In this document: positions 25,160 to 37,092 of the stretch, piece after piece
Layout of the letters: every line of letters begins with the position of its first letter
How positions within the stretch are numbered: the stretch's first letter is position 1
Source: Squalus acanthias
Taxonomy: Eukaryota
DNA: 64,000 nt
Reading direction: 5' to 3'
Assembly: GCA_030390025.1 (NCBI GenBank)
Contig: JASTWF010000339.1
Coordinates: 62,001-126,000, forward strand
Position numbers and translations under genes: made by a program
The notes under the pieces: model-generated
The model's database searches: none
What the model was told of the DNA's origin: nothing
What the model saw: only the letters and a program-made list of their open reading frames with translations

Positions 25160-28100
25160 AGCAGCGGTCAAATGCTCTTGTAATACAAGCCAACATACCA
25201 TTTGCTTTCCTAATTGCTTGCTGTACCTGCATGTTAACTTTCAGCGATTGGTGTACAAGAACACCCAGGTCCCTCTGAACACCAACATTTCCCAATCTTT
25301 CACCATTTAAAAAATGCTCTGCTTTTCTATTTTTCATACCAAAGTGGATAACTTCACGTTTCTCCACATTATATTCCATTTCCCATGTTCGTGCCCTTTC
25401 ACTTAGCCTGTCTATATCCTGCTTAAGCGTCTTTGCATCCTCCTCACATTCCCACCCAGCTTTGTATCATCGGGAAACTTGAATATATTAAATTTGATCC
25501 CCTCAACCAAATAATTGATGTAGATTTGGAAAAGCTGAGGCCAAAGCACTAGTTACAGTGGTCTGCCAACCTGAAAATGAACCGTTCATTCCTACTCTCT
25601 ATTTTCTGTCCGTTAACCAATCCACAATCCATGCTGATATATTACCCCCAATCCCGTGAGCCCTAATTTTGTTTAATAACCTCTTGTGTGGCACCTTATC
25701 GAATGCCTTCTGAAAATCCAAATCCATCATATCCACTGGTTGTCCTGTATCTATTCTACTCGTTACAACCTCAAAAAACAGATTTGTCAAACACGATTTC
25801 CCTATAATAAATCCGTGTTGAATCTATCATAAATCGTATTATTATTCTCTAATTGCCCTGTTACCACGTCCTTAATAATATATTCTAGCATTTCCCCTAC
25901 TACTGATGTCAGGCTAACTGATCTATAGTTCCCCGTTTTCTCTCTCCATCCTTTCTTAAATAGTGTGGTTCCATTTATACCTTCCAATCCACGGGAACCG
26001 TTCTAGAATCTATGGAATTTTGGAAAATGACAACCAATGCATCCACTATCTCTATAGCCACCTATTTTAGAACCCGAGGATGTAGGCCATCAGACCCTTG
26101 TTACATGCATCCTCTAATTTCCTGATTTATACTCTGCCCTACATTACAACTACTGTTTGGGGGCCTATAAACAGCTCCCACCAATGTTTTCTGCCACATG
26201 CTGTTTCTTAGCTCCGCCCAAAGAGGGCGGTCGAAGCATAGTTTTTGAATATTTGTTAGGCAGAGATAGATAGATTCTTGATCAGCAAGGGGGTGAAAGG
26301 TTATCGGGGGTAGACGGAAATGCGGAGTAATCAGATCAGCCATGATCTTATTGAATCTCGGAGCAGGGTCGACGGACCGAGTGGCCTACTCCTGCTCCTA
26401 ATTCGTATGTTCGTCTATTCGTAAAACTATCTTGCATACATTCCATGAATTCGTCCTCCACACTATTAATGCAAATTTGGTTTATAATGCTTTCTGCCCC
26501 TTGCTGTTTCTGAGCTCCACCCAAACTGATTCTACGTCTTGATTTTCGGAGCTCAGATCCTTTCTCTCTACTGTCTTCATCCCATCCTTTATTATCAGGG
26601 CTACCCTTCCTCATTTTCCACTTTGCCGATCTCTGCTAAATGTTAAGTACCCTGCAATATTTCGTTGCCAACCTTGGCCACTTTGCAACCACCTCTCCGT
26701 TATGGCTAATAGATCAAACTGGTTAAATTATTTTTGCGCTATTTTGTTGCGAATGCGTCGAGCATTCAGATAAAGTGCCTTTAACTTTGACTTATTTCTA
26801 TTTTTCCCTGAGCTCACCTTAGACACTGATGCCTTATTACCTTTGTTGCTCTCTCTTTCCCTTCCTGACCCACGCTGCTTATTTTTACCCAAAACTCTAC
26901 TCTGCTCTAGATCCTTGACATTTCTCTCACTGCTTTTAAACTTAATCTTTCCTGAATCCTACCACCCCCACCCTTTCATTAGTTTAAAGCCCTGTTTACT
27001 GCCCTAGTTATTCTGTTCACCAGGACATTGGTCCCAGCCTGGTTTTAGTGGAACCCGTCCCAGCGGAACAGCGCCCTCTTTCCCCAGTACTGGTGCCAGT
27101 GCCCCATGAATTGAAACCCCTTCTTTGAGCCACTCATTTAAACCTCGAATCTGTTTTTCCCTAAGCCAATTTGCGCGTGGCTCAGGTAACCATCCAGAGA
27201 TTATTAGCTTTGAGGTGCTGCTTTTTAATTTGAATTCTAGCTCCATAAACTGCCTTGGCAGGACTCCCTCATTACTTGTTCTACCTATGTCGTTGGATCC
27301 TACGTGGACCAGGACAACTGGATCCTCCCCCAACTACTCCAAGTTCTACCTATGTCGTTGGTTCCTACGTGGAGCACGACAACTGGATCCTCCCCCTCCT
27401 ACTCCAAGTTATTCTCCAGCCGCGAGGAGATGTCTTTACCCTGGCACCGGGCAGGCAACACAACCTTCGGTACTCTCGGTTGTGGCTGCAGAGAACAGTA
27501 TATATCCCCCTGACTATACTGTCCCCTACCACAACTACATTCACTATTACTCCCTCCACTTGAATGGCCTCCTTCATCATGGTGCCATGGTCATCTTGCT
27601 CCTCCATCATTCAGGCTTTTCCCTCGTCCACACAGGCAGCAAGGACCCCATATCTGTTGGACAAGGGCTAAGGCTGAGGCTCCTCCAGCACTGCATCTGA
27701 GGTCCCCTTACCTGCCTGAGTTTCAGTCACACCCTCCTGTCCCTGACCACTAACCAGACCTGTACCACTACCTAACCTAAGGGGTGTGACTGCCTCCTGG
27801 ATCATAGTGTCCAGATAACTCTCCCCATCCCTGATGTCCCGCAATGTCTGCACCTCAGACTCCAGCTGAAGAACTCTGAGCTGAAGTTCCTGGAGATGCA
27901 GGCACTTACTGCAAACGTGATTGTCCAGGTCCACAATGCTCTCCACAAACTACCACATGATGCAGTTGTGGCACACCACCTGCACTACCATCCCTATATG
28001 ACATTGTTTTATTTAATTAAATGTAATTACATTTGTATTTAGGTAACTTAGATTACAGTGTAATTTCTTGACCACGTACTTGGTCTAGATTAAGTTAAGG

Positions 28101-28600
28101 GAACTGCCATTAAATATCTACCTGTAACACAAATCACTACAAGTAGTGTAGGCAAAAAGCAACACCTCCTTCCCGCTCTTCTCCAATTTCCCACTCTTTC
28201 CATATTCACTCAATTTACAAGTGATTGCTCGGCTCCCCTGCTCCTGGTCATTAGCGCCTATTCAAGACAAACACTTAAAGCTGACTGACAGTTAACTGCC
28301 ACTGGCAACAGCTTCTGTTAACAACAGTTTTTAAAGTTATAAGTTAAAATCTAAATCTCAAACTAAATTTCACTTTTTACAGCTTCTATTTATCAAATAC
28401 TTACCAGATATTCCCACTCATTCCAAATTCCCAAATAAAAACTCTGTCCAAGTCCACTCCGTTTGATCCCGCTCTGTGCAGACCGCTCTGTGCTCTGCAG
28501 AAATGTTTACTTTTATACACTTGGAGCATCACCCAATTTACAAGTGATGTCTCAGCACCCCTGCTCCTGGTGATTGTTGCCTATTCAAGACAGCAGCAGA
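25160..28600 (-). mobile_element. CR1 LINE with ORF1 (zinc finger, leucine zipper, SGNH esterase) and partly deleted ORF2
   Basis: CSKCLHLQELQLRVLQLESEV, VVVGDSIVRG, VHVGSND; ORF2 remnants VYRPPNS and DFQKAFDKVPH; internal tandem duplication of about 65 bp at about 27278-27408. Confidence 0.85.
26220..26423 (+). mobile_element. Short CR1 3'-end insertion nested in CR1
   Basis: gatcagccatgatcttattgaat...ggcctactcctgctcctaattcgtatgttcgt tail, opposite to the host element. Confidence 0.75.
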
Positions 28601-28689
28601 TTGTGGAAGAGGGAACCAAGCTGAACCAGTGAGAGTCAGAGACTGAGACCAGAAAACTGCGCTGTGGGAGCTTGGGGAAAATACAGACA

Positions 28690-29172
28690 CAACAGAACTA
28701 AATGTGCACAGTGATAACAGTGTGATAATTCACCCACAGTGACAGTGTCAATAACACAATCGAACTACGTGTACACAGTGATAAAAGTGTGATAATTCAG
28801 CCACAGTGACAGTGTCAATAACACAATAGAACTCCATGTACACAGTGATAACAGTGTGATAATTCACCCATAATGACAGTGTCAGTAACACAATAGAACT
28901 CCATGTACACAGTGATAACAATGTGATAATTCACCCACAGTGACAGTGTCAATAATGCAATAGAGCTCCATGTACACAGTGATAAAAGTCTAATAATTCA
29001 CCCACAGTAACAGTGTCAATAACACAATAGAACTCCATGTACACAGTGATAACACTGTGATAATTCTCCCACAGTGACAGTGTCAGTAACACGATAGAAC
29101 CCCACGTGAACAGTGATAACAGTGTGATAATTCACCCACAGTTAAATACCAATAATACAATAGAAAGTATAT
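28690..29172 (+). repeat. 67-bp AT-rich minisatellite (variant L)
   Basis: Unit cacaatagaactccatgtacacagtgataacagtgtgataattcacccacagtgacagtgtcaataa; unrelated to the large 67-bp satellite. Confidence 0.9.
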
Positions 29173-29985
29173 GCTCACCATTATCATAGCGCTGATACAG
29201 CTCTTACCAAAATCACAAATTTCATCCGAAACTATCCCTCTCATCCTTCTCGAAATGCCTGCAGCCTTTGACACGGTTGACCACACCATCCTCCCCCATC
29301 TCCTCTCCTCCGTCATCCAGCTGGGTGCAACGACCCTGGAAGCCAGAGAATCGCCTGCAATGGCTTCTCTTCCCACTCCCGCACCATTACCTCTTGAATC
29401 CCTGATGGATCTATCCTTGGCCCCTCCTATTTCTCATCTACATGCGGCCCCTCAGCGATATCATCGGAAAACACAGCGTCAGGTTCCACATCTACGCTGA
29501 CGTCACCCAGCTCGACCTCACCATGACCTCTCCATTGTCTCTGGTTTGTCACACTGCTTGTCCTACCTCCATTACTGAATGAGCAGAAAGTTCCTCCAAC
29601 TAAATATTGGGTAGACCGAAGCCATTGTATTCGGTCCCTCCACAAACTCCATTTGCGAGCAAACTCCATCCCTCTCGCTGGGAATAGTCTGAAGCTAAAC
29701 CGAACAGTTCGCAACCTTGGCGTCCTATTTCACCAAAATCGAGTTTCCAACCACATATTCGCTCCGTCACCAAGTCCGTCTACTTCCACCTCCGTAACAT
29801 AACCGTCTCCACCCCTGCCTCTGCTCATAATTTGTTGAAACCCTCATCCATGCATTTGTTATTTCTAGAGTTGACTATTCCAATGCTCTCCTGGCCGGCC
29901 TCCCAACTTCCACCCTCCATAAACTTGAGCTCATCCAATTCTCTGCTGCCCTGTGTCCTAACTCGCACCAAGTCCCGTTCACCCC
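29173..29985 (+). mobile_element. L2-clade LINE RT fragment
   Basis: LILLEMPAAFDTVDHTIL (cf. L2 LLDLSAAFDTVDH), HIYADVTQL, SRVDYSNALL, TRTKSRSP. Confidence 0.8.
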
Positions 29986-30590
29986 ATCACAGTGAAATAC
30001 GAATAACACAATAGGAAATATATGTACACAGTTATAATAGTGATGATAATACCACTCACAGTGAAATACCAATAACAGAATAGGAAATATATGTACACAG
30101 TTATAATAGGGTGATAATACCAGTCACAGTGAAACACTAATAACACAAGAGGAAATATATGCACACAGTTATAATAGTGTGATAATACAACTCCGTGAAA
30201 TACCAATAACACAACAGGAAATATATGCACACAGTTATAATAGTGTGATAATGCCACTCACAGTGAAATACCAATAACACAATAGGAAATATATGTCCAC
30301 AGTTATAATAGTGTGATACCACTCACAGTGAAATACCAATAACACAATAGGAAATATATGTCCACAGTTATAATAGTGTGATACCACTAACAGTGAAATA
30401 CCAATAACACAATAGGAAATATATGTCCACAGTTATAATAGTGTGATACCACTCACAGTGAAATACCAATAACACAATAGGAAATATATGTCCACAGTTA
30501 TAATAGTGTGATACCACTCACAGTGAAATACCAATAACACAATAGGAAATATATGTCCACAGTTATAATAGTGTGATACCACTCACAGTG
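29986..30590 (+). repeat. 65/68-bp AT-rich minisatellite (variant R)
   Basis: Unit cacagtgaaataccaataacacaataggaaatatatgtccacagttataatagtgtgataccact; related to 28690-29172. Confidence 0.9.
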
Positions 30591-30948
30591 CAGCGACATC
30601 TACTGTTGAATTTCAATAAAACATCACTCGGATTAAATAGACTGGTACCGCTGAAGAGGTGGCTCTGTGGAAAACACATTCAAACAAATATTGCAGGACC
30701 AGGCACTCAAGTTAGGCAGTGATTCCGTTAAAGGGGAGAAATTATGTTGAGAAAGAGAAGAAATGATTGCGGTAAAGGGGGAGGAATTATACCGTCAAAG
30801 GGGGGAAATGCTTCTGTAAAAGTGATAAAATATACCGTGAAACGGCTGAAATTGCACAGTTGAAGGGGAGAAGCGTTCCCTGTAAATAGGTGCAGTGATA
30901 CAGTTAACCAATGATTCCCATAACTAGTAACTAACTCCAATACTTTAC

Positions 30949-31018
30949 CTGGAACGCCGATAGCTGCAATGACGGGATAGTAAATGGCAAACACCAGACC
31001 TTTTGGTATCCCGTGCAT
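30949..31018 (-). CDS. GPR139-like GPCR, coding exon 1
   Basis: ATG at 31018, MHGIPKGLVFAIYYPVIAAIGVP, then CAG|GTAAAG donor; 70 nt, phase 1, compatible with exon 2 at 20066; YY...GxP|AN matches the GPR139 TM1 pattern. Confidence 0.82.
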
Positions 31019-31069
31019 TTCTCTCAGAAGCTCTGAGCGCGCTCTGCACCACACTCACAGATTGTCACA

Positions 31070-31075
31070 TTTATA
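31070..31075 (-). promoter_or_regulatory. Candidate TATA box of the GPCR gene
   Basis: TATAAA on the minus strand about 52 bp upstream of the ATG. Confidence 0.5.
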
Positions 31076-31569
31076 CCTGATGTCAGGCTCCAGGGAGATA
31101 ATCAGATGGCTTGATCTTTTATATTAGTTACACTAATTGAAACAAACAGATTAGTGCAGCCGCTGCCAGGATGGTGTTTATGATTTGATGGAATGGAAAG
31201 TATTTAAATAACTCTGACCCGGCTCTGAAGTGAAATACCCAGAGATTACAGTATGATCCCGGGTAGATTCCTTCAGAAAATATAATAAAATCGTGAATAA
31301 GTGGTTGCGAAGGTGAAAGTGTGCCTTCTACGGGATGAATTCACAGGTCTAAACCCCTTAATGCTCAGTGAGGAGGTCTCAGCACACTCTATAATTGACC
31401 AGAGAAACTCTGGTCCTGCAGCCGGAAAACTCGGACAAGTTCTCGCTCCTGGTCATTATCCAGCTCCATCCGGGTAAGCACGGGTCACGTGTAGCTGCGT
31501 CCAACTCCCTCTGAAAGTGTGCATCCACTTTAACCAACTGTCTGTGTTTTTATTTGGACAGCTTCAGTA

Positions 31570-32830
31570 CAGAACGGTTTCAATCAGTGTGGACAGCTCG
31601 AGTTCAGCACAGTTACATTCCATGTGGACAGGTCCAGTTAGCACAGTTACATTCAGTGTGGAGAGTTCCAGTTCAGCACAGTTAGATTCAGTGTGGAGAG
31701 ATCCAGTTCAGCACAGTTACATTCAGTGTGGACAGGTCCAGTTCAGCATAGTTATATTCAGTGTGGACAGGTCCAGTTCAGCACAGTTACATTCAGTGTG
31801 GAGAGGTCCAGTTCAGCACAGTTACATTCAGTGTGGACAGGTCCAGTTCAGCACAGTTACATTCAGTGTGGACAGGTCCAGTTCAGCCCAGTTACATTCA
31901 GTGTGGAGAGATCCAGTTCAGCACAGTTACATTCAGTGTGGAGAGGTCCAGTTCAGCACAGTTACATTCAGTGTATACAGGTCCAGTTCAGCACAGTTAC
32001 ATTCAGTGTGGACAGGTCCAGTTCAGCACGGTTGCATTCAGTGTGGACAGGTCCAGTTCAGCACGCTTACACTGAGTGTGGACAGGTCCAGTTCAGCACA
32101 GTTACATTCAGTGTGGACATTTCCAGTTCAGCACCGTTACACTGAGTGTGGACATGTCCAGTTCAGCACAGTTACATTCAGTGTGGACAGGTCCAGTTCA
32201 GCACTCTTACATTCAGTGTGGACAGGTCCAGTTCAGCACGGTTACATTTAGTGTGGACAGGTCCAGTTCAACACATTTATATTCAGCGTGGGCAGGTCCT
32301 GTTCAACACAGTTATATTCAGTGTGGACAGGTCAATTACAGCACAGTTACATTCGGTGTGGACAGGTCAGTTTCAACATAGTTACATTCAGTGTGGACAG
32401 GTCCAGTTCAGCAATGTTATGTTCAGTGTGGACAAGTCCAGGTCAGCACGTTTGCATTAATTGTGGACATGTCCAGTTCAGCACGCTTACATTCATTGAG
32501 GACAGGACCAATTCAGCACAGTTACATTCAGTGTGGACAAGTCTAGTTCAGCGCAGTTACATTCAGTGTGTACAGGATCAGTTCAGCACAGTTACATTCA
32601 GTGTGGACAGTTCCAGTTCAGAAGAGTTACATTCAGTGTGGACAGGTCCAGTTCAGCACGGTTACATTCAGTGTGGACATGTCCAGTTCAGCACATTTAC
32701 ATTCAGTGTGGACAGGTCCAGTTCAGCACAATTATATTCATTGTGGACATGTCCAGTTCGGCGCAATTACATTCAGTGTGGACAGGTCCAGTTCAAAATA
32801 GTTACATTCAGTATAGGTCAGTTCAGCGTG
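31570..32830 (+). repeat. 35-bp minisatellite (about 35 copies)
   Basis: Unit gtgtggacaggtccagttcagcacagttacattca. Confidence 0.95.
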
Positions 32831-32900
32831 TTGAGTGGCCGTCTTAGTGGATCACTGTGGAAGTAACGGCTGCGATAATGCTGAAGTTGAAATTGAATCC

Positions 32901-32982
32901 ACAAGCTTTCGGAGCGCTCCGAAAGCTTGTAATTTCAAATAAAGCTGTTGGAGTATAACCTGGTGTTGTGCGACATATTCAC
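32901..32982 (+). mobile_element. Penelope-like pLTR remnant with 30-bp perfect palindrome
   Basis: acaagctttcggagc|gctccgaaagcttgt followed by aatttcaaataaagctgttggagtataacctggtgttgtgcgac, matching 687-745. Confidence 0.7.
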
Positions 32983-34177
32983 GAGTTAACAGAGACTGCC
33001 TGTCAGTGGCAGATAACAGTTAACAGCTTTAAGTGATTACCTGAATAGGGGGTAATTTCAGTGAGCAGTGAGTTCAGTGAGCACTTGTAGCCTGGGTGTG
33101 GCTCAAAAGGTATATAAAAGTAAACAGTAGTCTGCTGACGCAAAGAATGGTCGTACAGAGTTGTCATAAACTGAGTGCGTCATAAACAGAGTGTAAACTG
33201 GGAATTTGGTGAGAGTGGGAGTTCGGTGCAGAGGAGGAAGGAGGGGCTGGTTTTCCCTCCAATACTTGTAGTGGTTCGTGTTACCGGTGGCTATTTAATT
33301 TAATCTACCTATAGCTTAAACTAGATCAAGTAATTAGTTAGAAACGAAAAACTTTAAGCTGAGTTGATTAAATACGTAAAAAACAATTAATTCAATAAAT
33401 AAAACGAGGTTTGATAGTGATGGCTGTTCAGGAGGTGTGCCGCAACTGCAGCATGCGGGAGTTTGTGGGAGCATCGCGATCCCGGACAACTACATCTGCA
33501 GTAAGTGTCTGCATCTGGAGGAACTTCAGCTCAGAGTTGTTGAGCTGGACTCCGAGGTGCAGACATTGCGGGGCATCAGGGAGGGGCAGAGTTACCTGGA
33601 CACATTGATCCAGGAGGCAGTCACACCTCTTAGGATAGGAAGTGGTCATGGACAGGAGGGTGTGACTGCAAATCAGCCAGGTGAGGCGACCTCCAGGTGA
33701 AATGATGGAGGAGCCCCGGCCTTTGCCATTATCCAACAGGTTCGCATTTTTTGCGGTCTGTATGGATGAGGGAAATGTCTGCAGAGTGGATGAGCAAATT
33801 GACCACGGCACTGTGGTAAAGGAGGCCGTTCAAGTGGGGGAGTGAATAGAAATGTGGTCGTGGTAGGAGACAGTATAGTCAGGGGGATAGATACTGTTCT
33901 CTGCGACTGGGAGTTCCAAAGTTTTTGTTCCCTGCCAGGGTTAAGGATATCTCCTAACGGCCAGAGAAGAAATTGGAGTGGGATGGGGAGGATGCAGTTG
34001 TCATGGTCCACGAATGAACCAACAACACAGGTAGAACTAAGAATAAGGTTCTGCTGAGAGAGTTTGAGGAGCTAGGGTCCAAATTAATAAGCAGAACCTC
34101 AAAGGGTTAGGGTTAGGATTAGGATTATTACCTGAGCCTCATGCAAATTGGTATAGGATGAAACAGATCAGAGAGTT

Positions 34178-34346
34178 CCTTTATCCCCTCCCCCTTTTCC
34201 CAGCTTTACCCTGGCCTTAAATCTATTTGATTTCCAGCTCTTCCCAGTTCTGATGAAAGGTCATCGACCTGAAACGTCAACTCTCTTTCTCTCTCTACGG
34301 ATGCTGCCTGGCCTGCTGAGTTTTTCCAGCGTTTTCTGTTGTTATT
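34178..34346 (+). mobile_element. Short Penelope-like insertion in CR1 ORF1
   Basis: Flanked by 10-bp direct repeat TCAGAGAGTT (34168-34177 and 34347-34356); contains a hammerhead core and a gatgctgcctggcctgctgag...tccagc tail. Confidence 0.75.
34246..34282 (+). ncRNA. Minimal type I hammerhead ribozyme motif
   Basis: AGTT-CTGATGA-A-AGGTC-ATC-GACCT-GAAAC-GTC-AACT: canonical core, stem II AGGTC/GACCT, GUC cleavage triplet at 34276-34278, stem I AGTT/AACT. Confidence 0.75.
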
Positions 34347-34518
34347 TCAGAGAGTTAAATGCTTGGCTCAAATAGTAGTGTGGGAGACAGTCGTTTCGAT
34401 TCAGGGGCACTGGTACCAGTACTGGGGAAAGAGGGAGCTGCTCCGTTGTGACACGCTCCACTTAAACCGGGCTATGACCAATGTTCTGGTGAATCAAATA
34501 ACTAAGTCTGTTGATATA

Positions 34519-34655
34519 AGAACATAAGAAATAAGAAATAGGAGCAGGAGTAGGCCATTTGGCGCTTCAAGCCTGCTCTGCCATTCAATTTGATCGTGGC
34601 TGATCTTCTACCTCATCTCCACTTTCCTGCAATATTCCCATACCCCTTGATTCCA
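34519..34655 (-). mobile_element. CR1 3'-tail insertion
   Basis: aacataagaaataagaaataggagcaggagtaggcc...gctgatc is the reverse of the CR1 3' UTR. Confidence 0.75.
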
Positions 34656-36515
34656 TTAATAGGGCTTTAACCTAAAATGGGGTGGAGTCAATTGAAGGGA
34701 AATTTATAAATCTAAAGAGAAAAGGCAAGGCTGTAAAGCGATTTGTGTAAAGATACTTGGAGTGTGACAGGAAGGGACCGTGAGTTTAACGGTAATAGTG
34801 CATCAGAGAATAAGGCCAAATCAGGGAAAAATTGAAAATGTTATAATTAAATGCGCTTTATCTGAATGCACAAAGCATTCCTAACAAGATAGAGGAATTA
34901 ATGTCACAAATAGTGAAAAATGGATTTGATCGATAGCAATTACAAAGAACTGGTTGCATGGTGACCAAGGTAGGGTACCAAATATTCCGGTGTACTTGAC
35001 GTTTCGAAAAGAGAGACGAAATGGAAAAGGAATGGGTGTAGCCCTGATAATAAAGGGCGATATAAGAACAGTAGTAAGGAATGATCTTGCCTCGGAAGAG
35101 CAGGATGTAGAATCAGTGTGGGTGGAAATAAGAAATATCAAATGACGGAAACACACTGGTGGGGGTATTTTGTAGGCCCCTGGACAGTCGCTATACTGTT
35201 GCACAGAGTATTATTCAAGAAATAAGAGGAGCCTGTAACAAAGGTAATGGAATAATCGTGGGGGACTTTCATCTTCATATACACTGGACAAATCAAATTG
35301 GCAAAAGCAGTTTCGAGAACGTGTTCATGGAATGCGTTCGAGACACTTTCCTAGAAGAATACGTCGTGGAACCAACCAGGGAAGAGGTTATTTTAGGTCT
35401 TGTCTTGTGTAATGAGACAGCGTTAATTCATAATCTCATAGTAAGGGATCCTCTGTGGAAGAGTGATCATAATATAAAAAAAATCACATTGTGTTCAAGA
35501 GTGACGCACTTAAGTCTGAAACTAGAGTATTAATTTTAAATAAAGCCAATTACAAAGGTATGAGGGCAAGTTAACTATGGTAGATCGGAAAAATAGATTA
35601 AAGTTATGATGGTAGATATGCAATAGGGGAAATTTAAAGACATATTTCATAATTCTCAACGAATGTACATTTCATTGAGAAATAAAAACATCACAGGAAA
35701 AGAGATCCATCCGTGGCTAACTAATAATGTTAAGGATATTATTAGATCAAAAGAAGACGGTTCTAACGTTGCCAAGAAGAGTAGCAAGCCTGAAATTTGG
35801 GAGAGTTTTAAAAAAACAGCAAAGGATGACCAAAATTTGATAACATGGGAGAAAATAGCATGAGAATAAACTAGCAAATGATATCAAAACAGATTGTTAG
35901 AGCTTCTACAAGCATATAAAAAGGAAGAGAGTAGCGAAAGTAAACTTGGGTCTCTTAGAGGCTAAGACAGTAGAAATTATAATGAAGAACCAGGAAATGG
36001 CACAGACGTTAAACAAATATGTTGCACCTGTCTTCACAGCAACAGACACAGAAACATACCAGAAATAGTGGGGAGCCTATGGTGTATTGAGAGTGAGAAA
36101 CTTAAAGTAGTTAATATCAGTAAAGAAAAAGCACTGGTTAAATTAATGGAACTAAAATCCAACAAATTCTCTGGACCTAATGTTTACATCATAGGGTCCT
36201 CAAAGACGTCGCTGCAGAGATAGTGGATGCATTTGTATTGATCTTCCAAATTTCTCTAGATTCTGGAACGGACAGTAGAAAATGTAACACCGCTACTCAT
36301 GAAAGGAGGGAGAAAGAAAACAGGGAACTACAGACCAGTTAGCCTGACATCAGTCATCGGGAAAATGCTGGAATCCATTATTAAGGAAGTGGTAACAGAG
36401 CACTTAGAAAATCATAATATGATTTGGCAGAGTCAACATGGTTTTATGAAAGGGAAATCGTGTTTGACAAATCTATTAGATATTTTTGAGGACATAACTA
36501 GCAGGGTAGATAAAA

Positions 36516-37092
36516 CCTTCATCTAAGTCATTAATATAGATTGTACATAGCTGAGGGGCCAGAACTGATAATTGTGGCACTCCACTAGTAATAGCCTGCC
36601 AACCTGAAAACGACCAGTTTATGCCTTCACTTTGCTTTCTGTCTTTTAACCAATCCTCTATCCAGGCTAAAATATGAGGAGAGATTGAGATTGGGCCGAT
36701 ACTCTCTGGAGTTCGGAAGAATTAAAGGTAATCTCATTGAAAGATATAAGATTCTGAGGGGGCTTGACAGAGTAGATGCTGAGAAGTGCTTCCCCTGGTT
36801 GGAGAGTCTCGAACTAGGGGGCATATTTTCAGGATAAGGGGTCGGCCATTTATGACTGAGATGATGAGAAATTTCTTCACTCAGAGGGTTGGCAATCTTT
36901 GGAATTCTCTAGCCGAGAGGGCTGTGGATGCTCAGTCGTTAAGTATATTCAAGGCTGAGATCGATAGACTTTTTCGCTCAAAGGGAATCAAGGGATATGA
37001 TGATCGGGCGGGTAAGTGGCTTTGCGGTCGAAGATCAGCCATGATCTTTTTGAATGGCGAGGCAGGCTCGAGGGGCCGTATGGCCTACTCTT
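36516..37092. mobile_element. CR1 fragments: inverted RT piece (36516-36670, -) joined to a 3' end (36672-37092, +)
   Basis: The first part matches CR1 RT antisense (cf. 25495-25650); the second reads RTRGH...RNFFTQRV...WNSL plus 3' UTR. Confidence 0.75.

Larger units (their letters stand above)
33000..36515 (+). mobile_element. CR1 LINE, 5' UTR + ORF1 + ORF2 5' part, degenerate
   Basis: CRNC...CSKCLHLEELQLRV, VVVGDSIVRG, VGDFH, KSDHN, YRPVSL, QHGF; same family as 25160-28600. Confidence 0.88.

Noticed and set aside
31517..32866. Overlapping repetitive ORFs and CRISPR-like regularity
   Set aside because: Head-to-tail 35-bp repeats with no unique spacers and no cas genes, in a vertebrate context.
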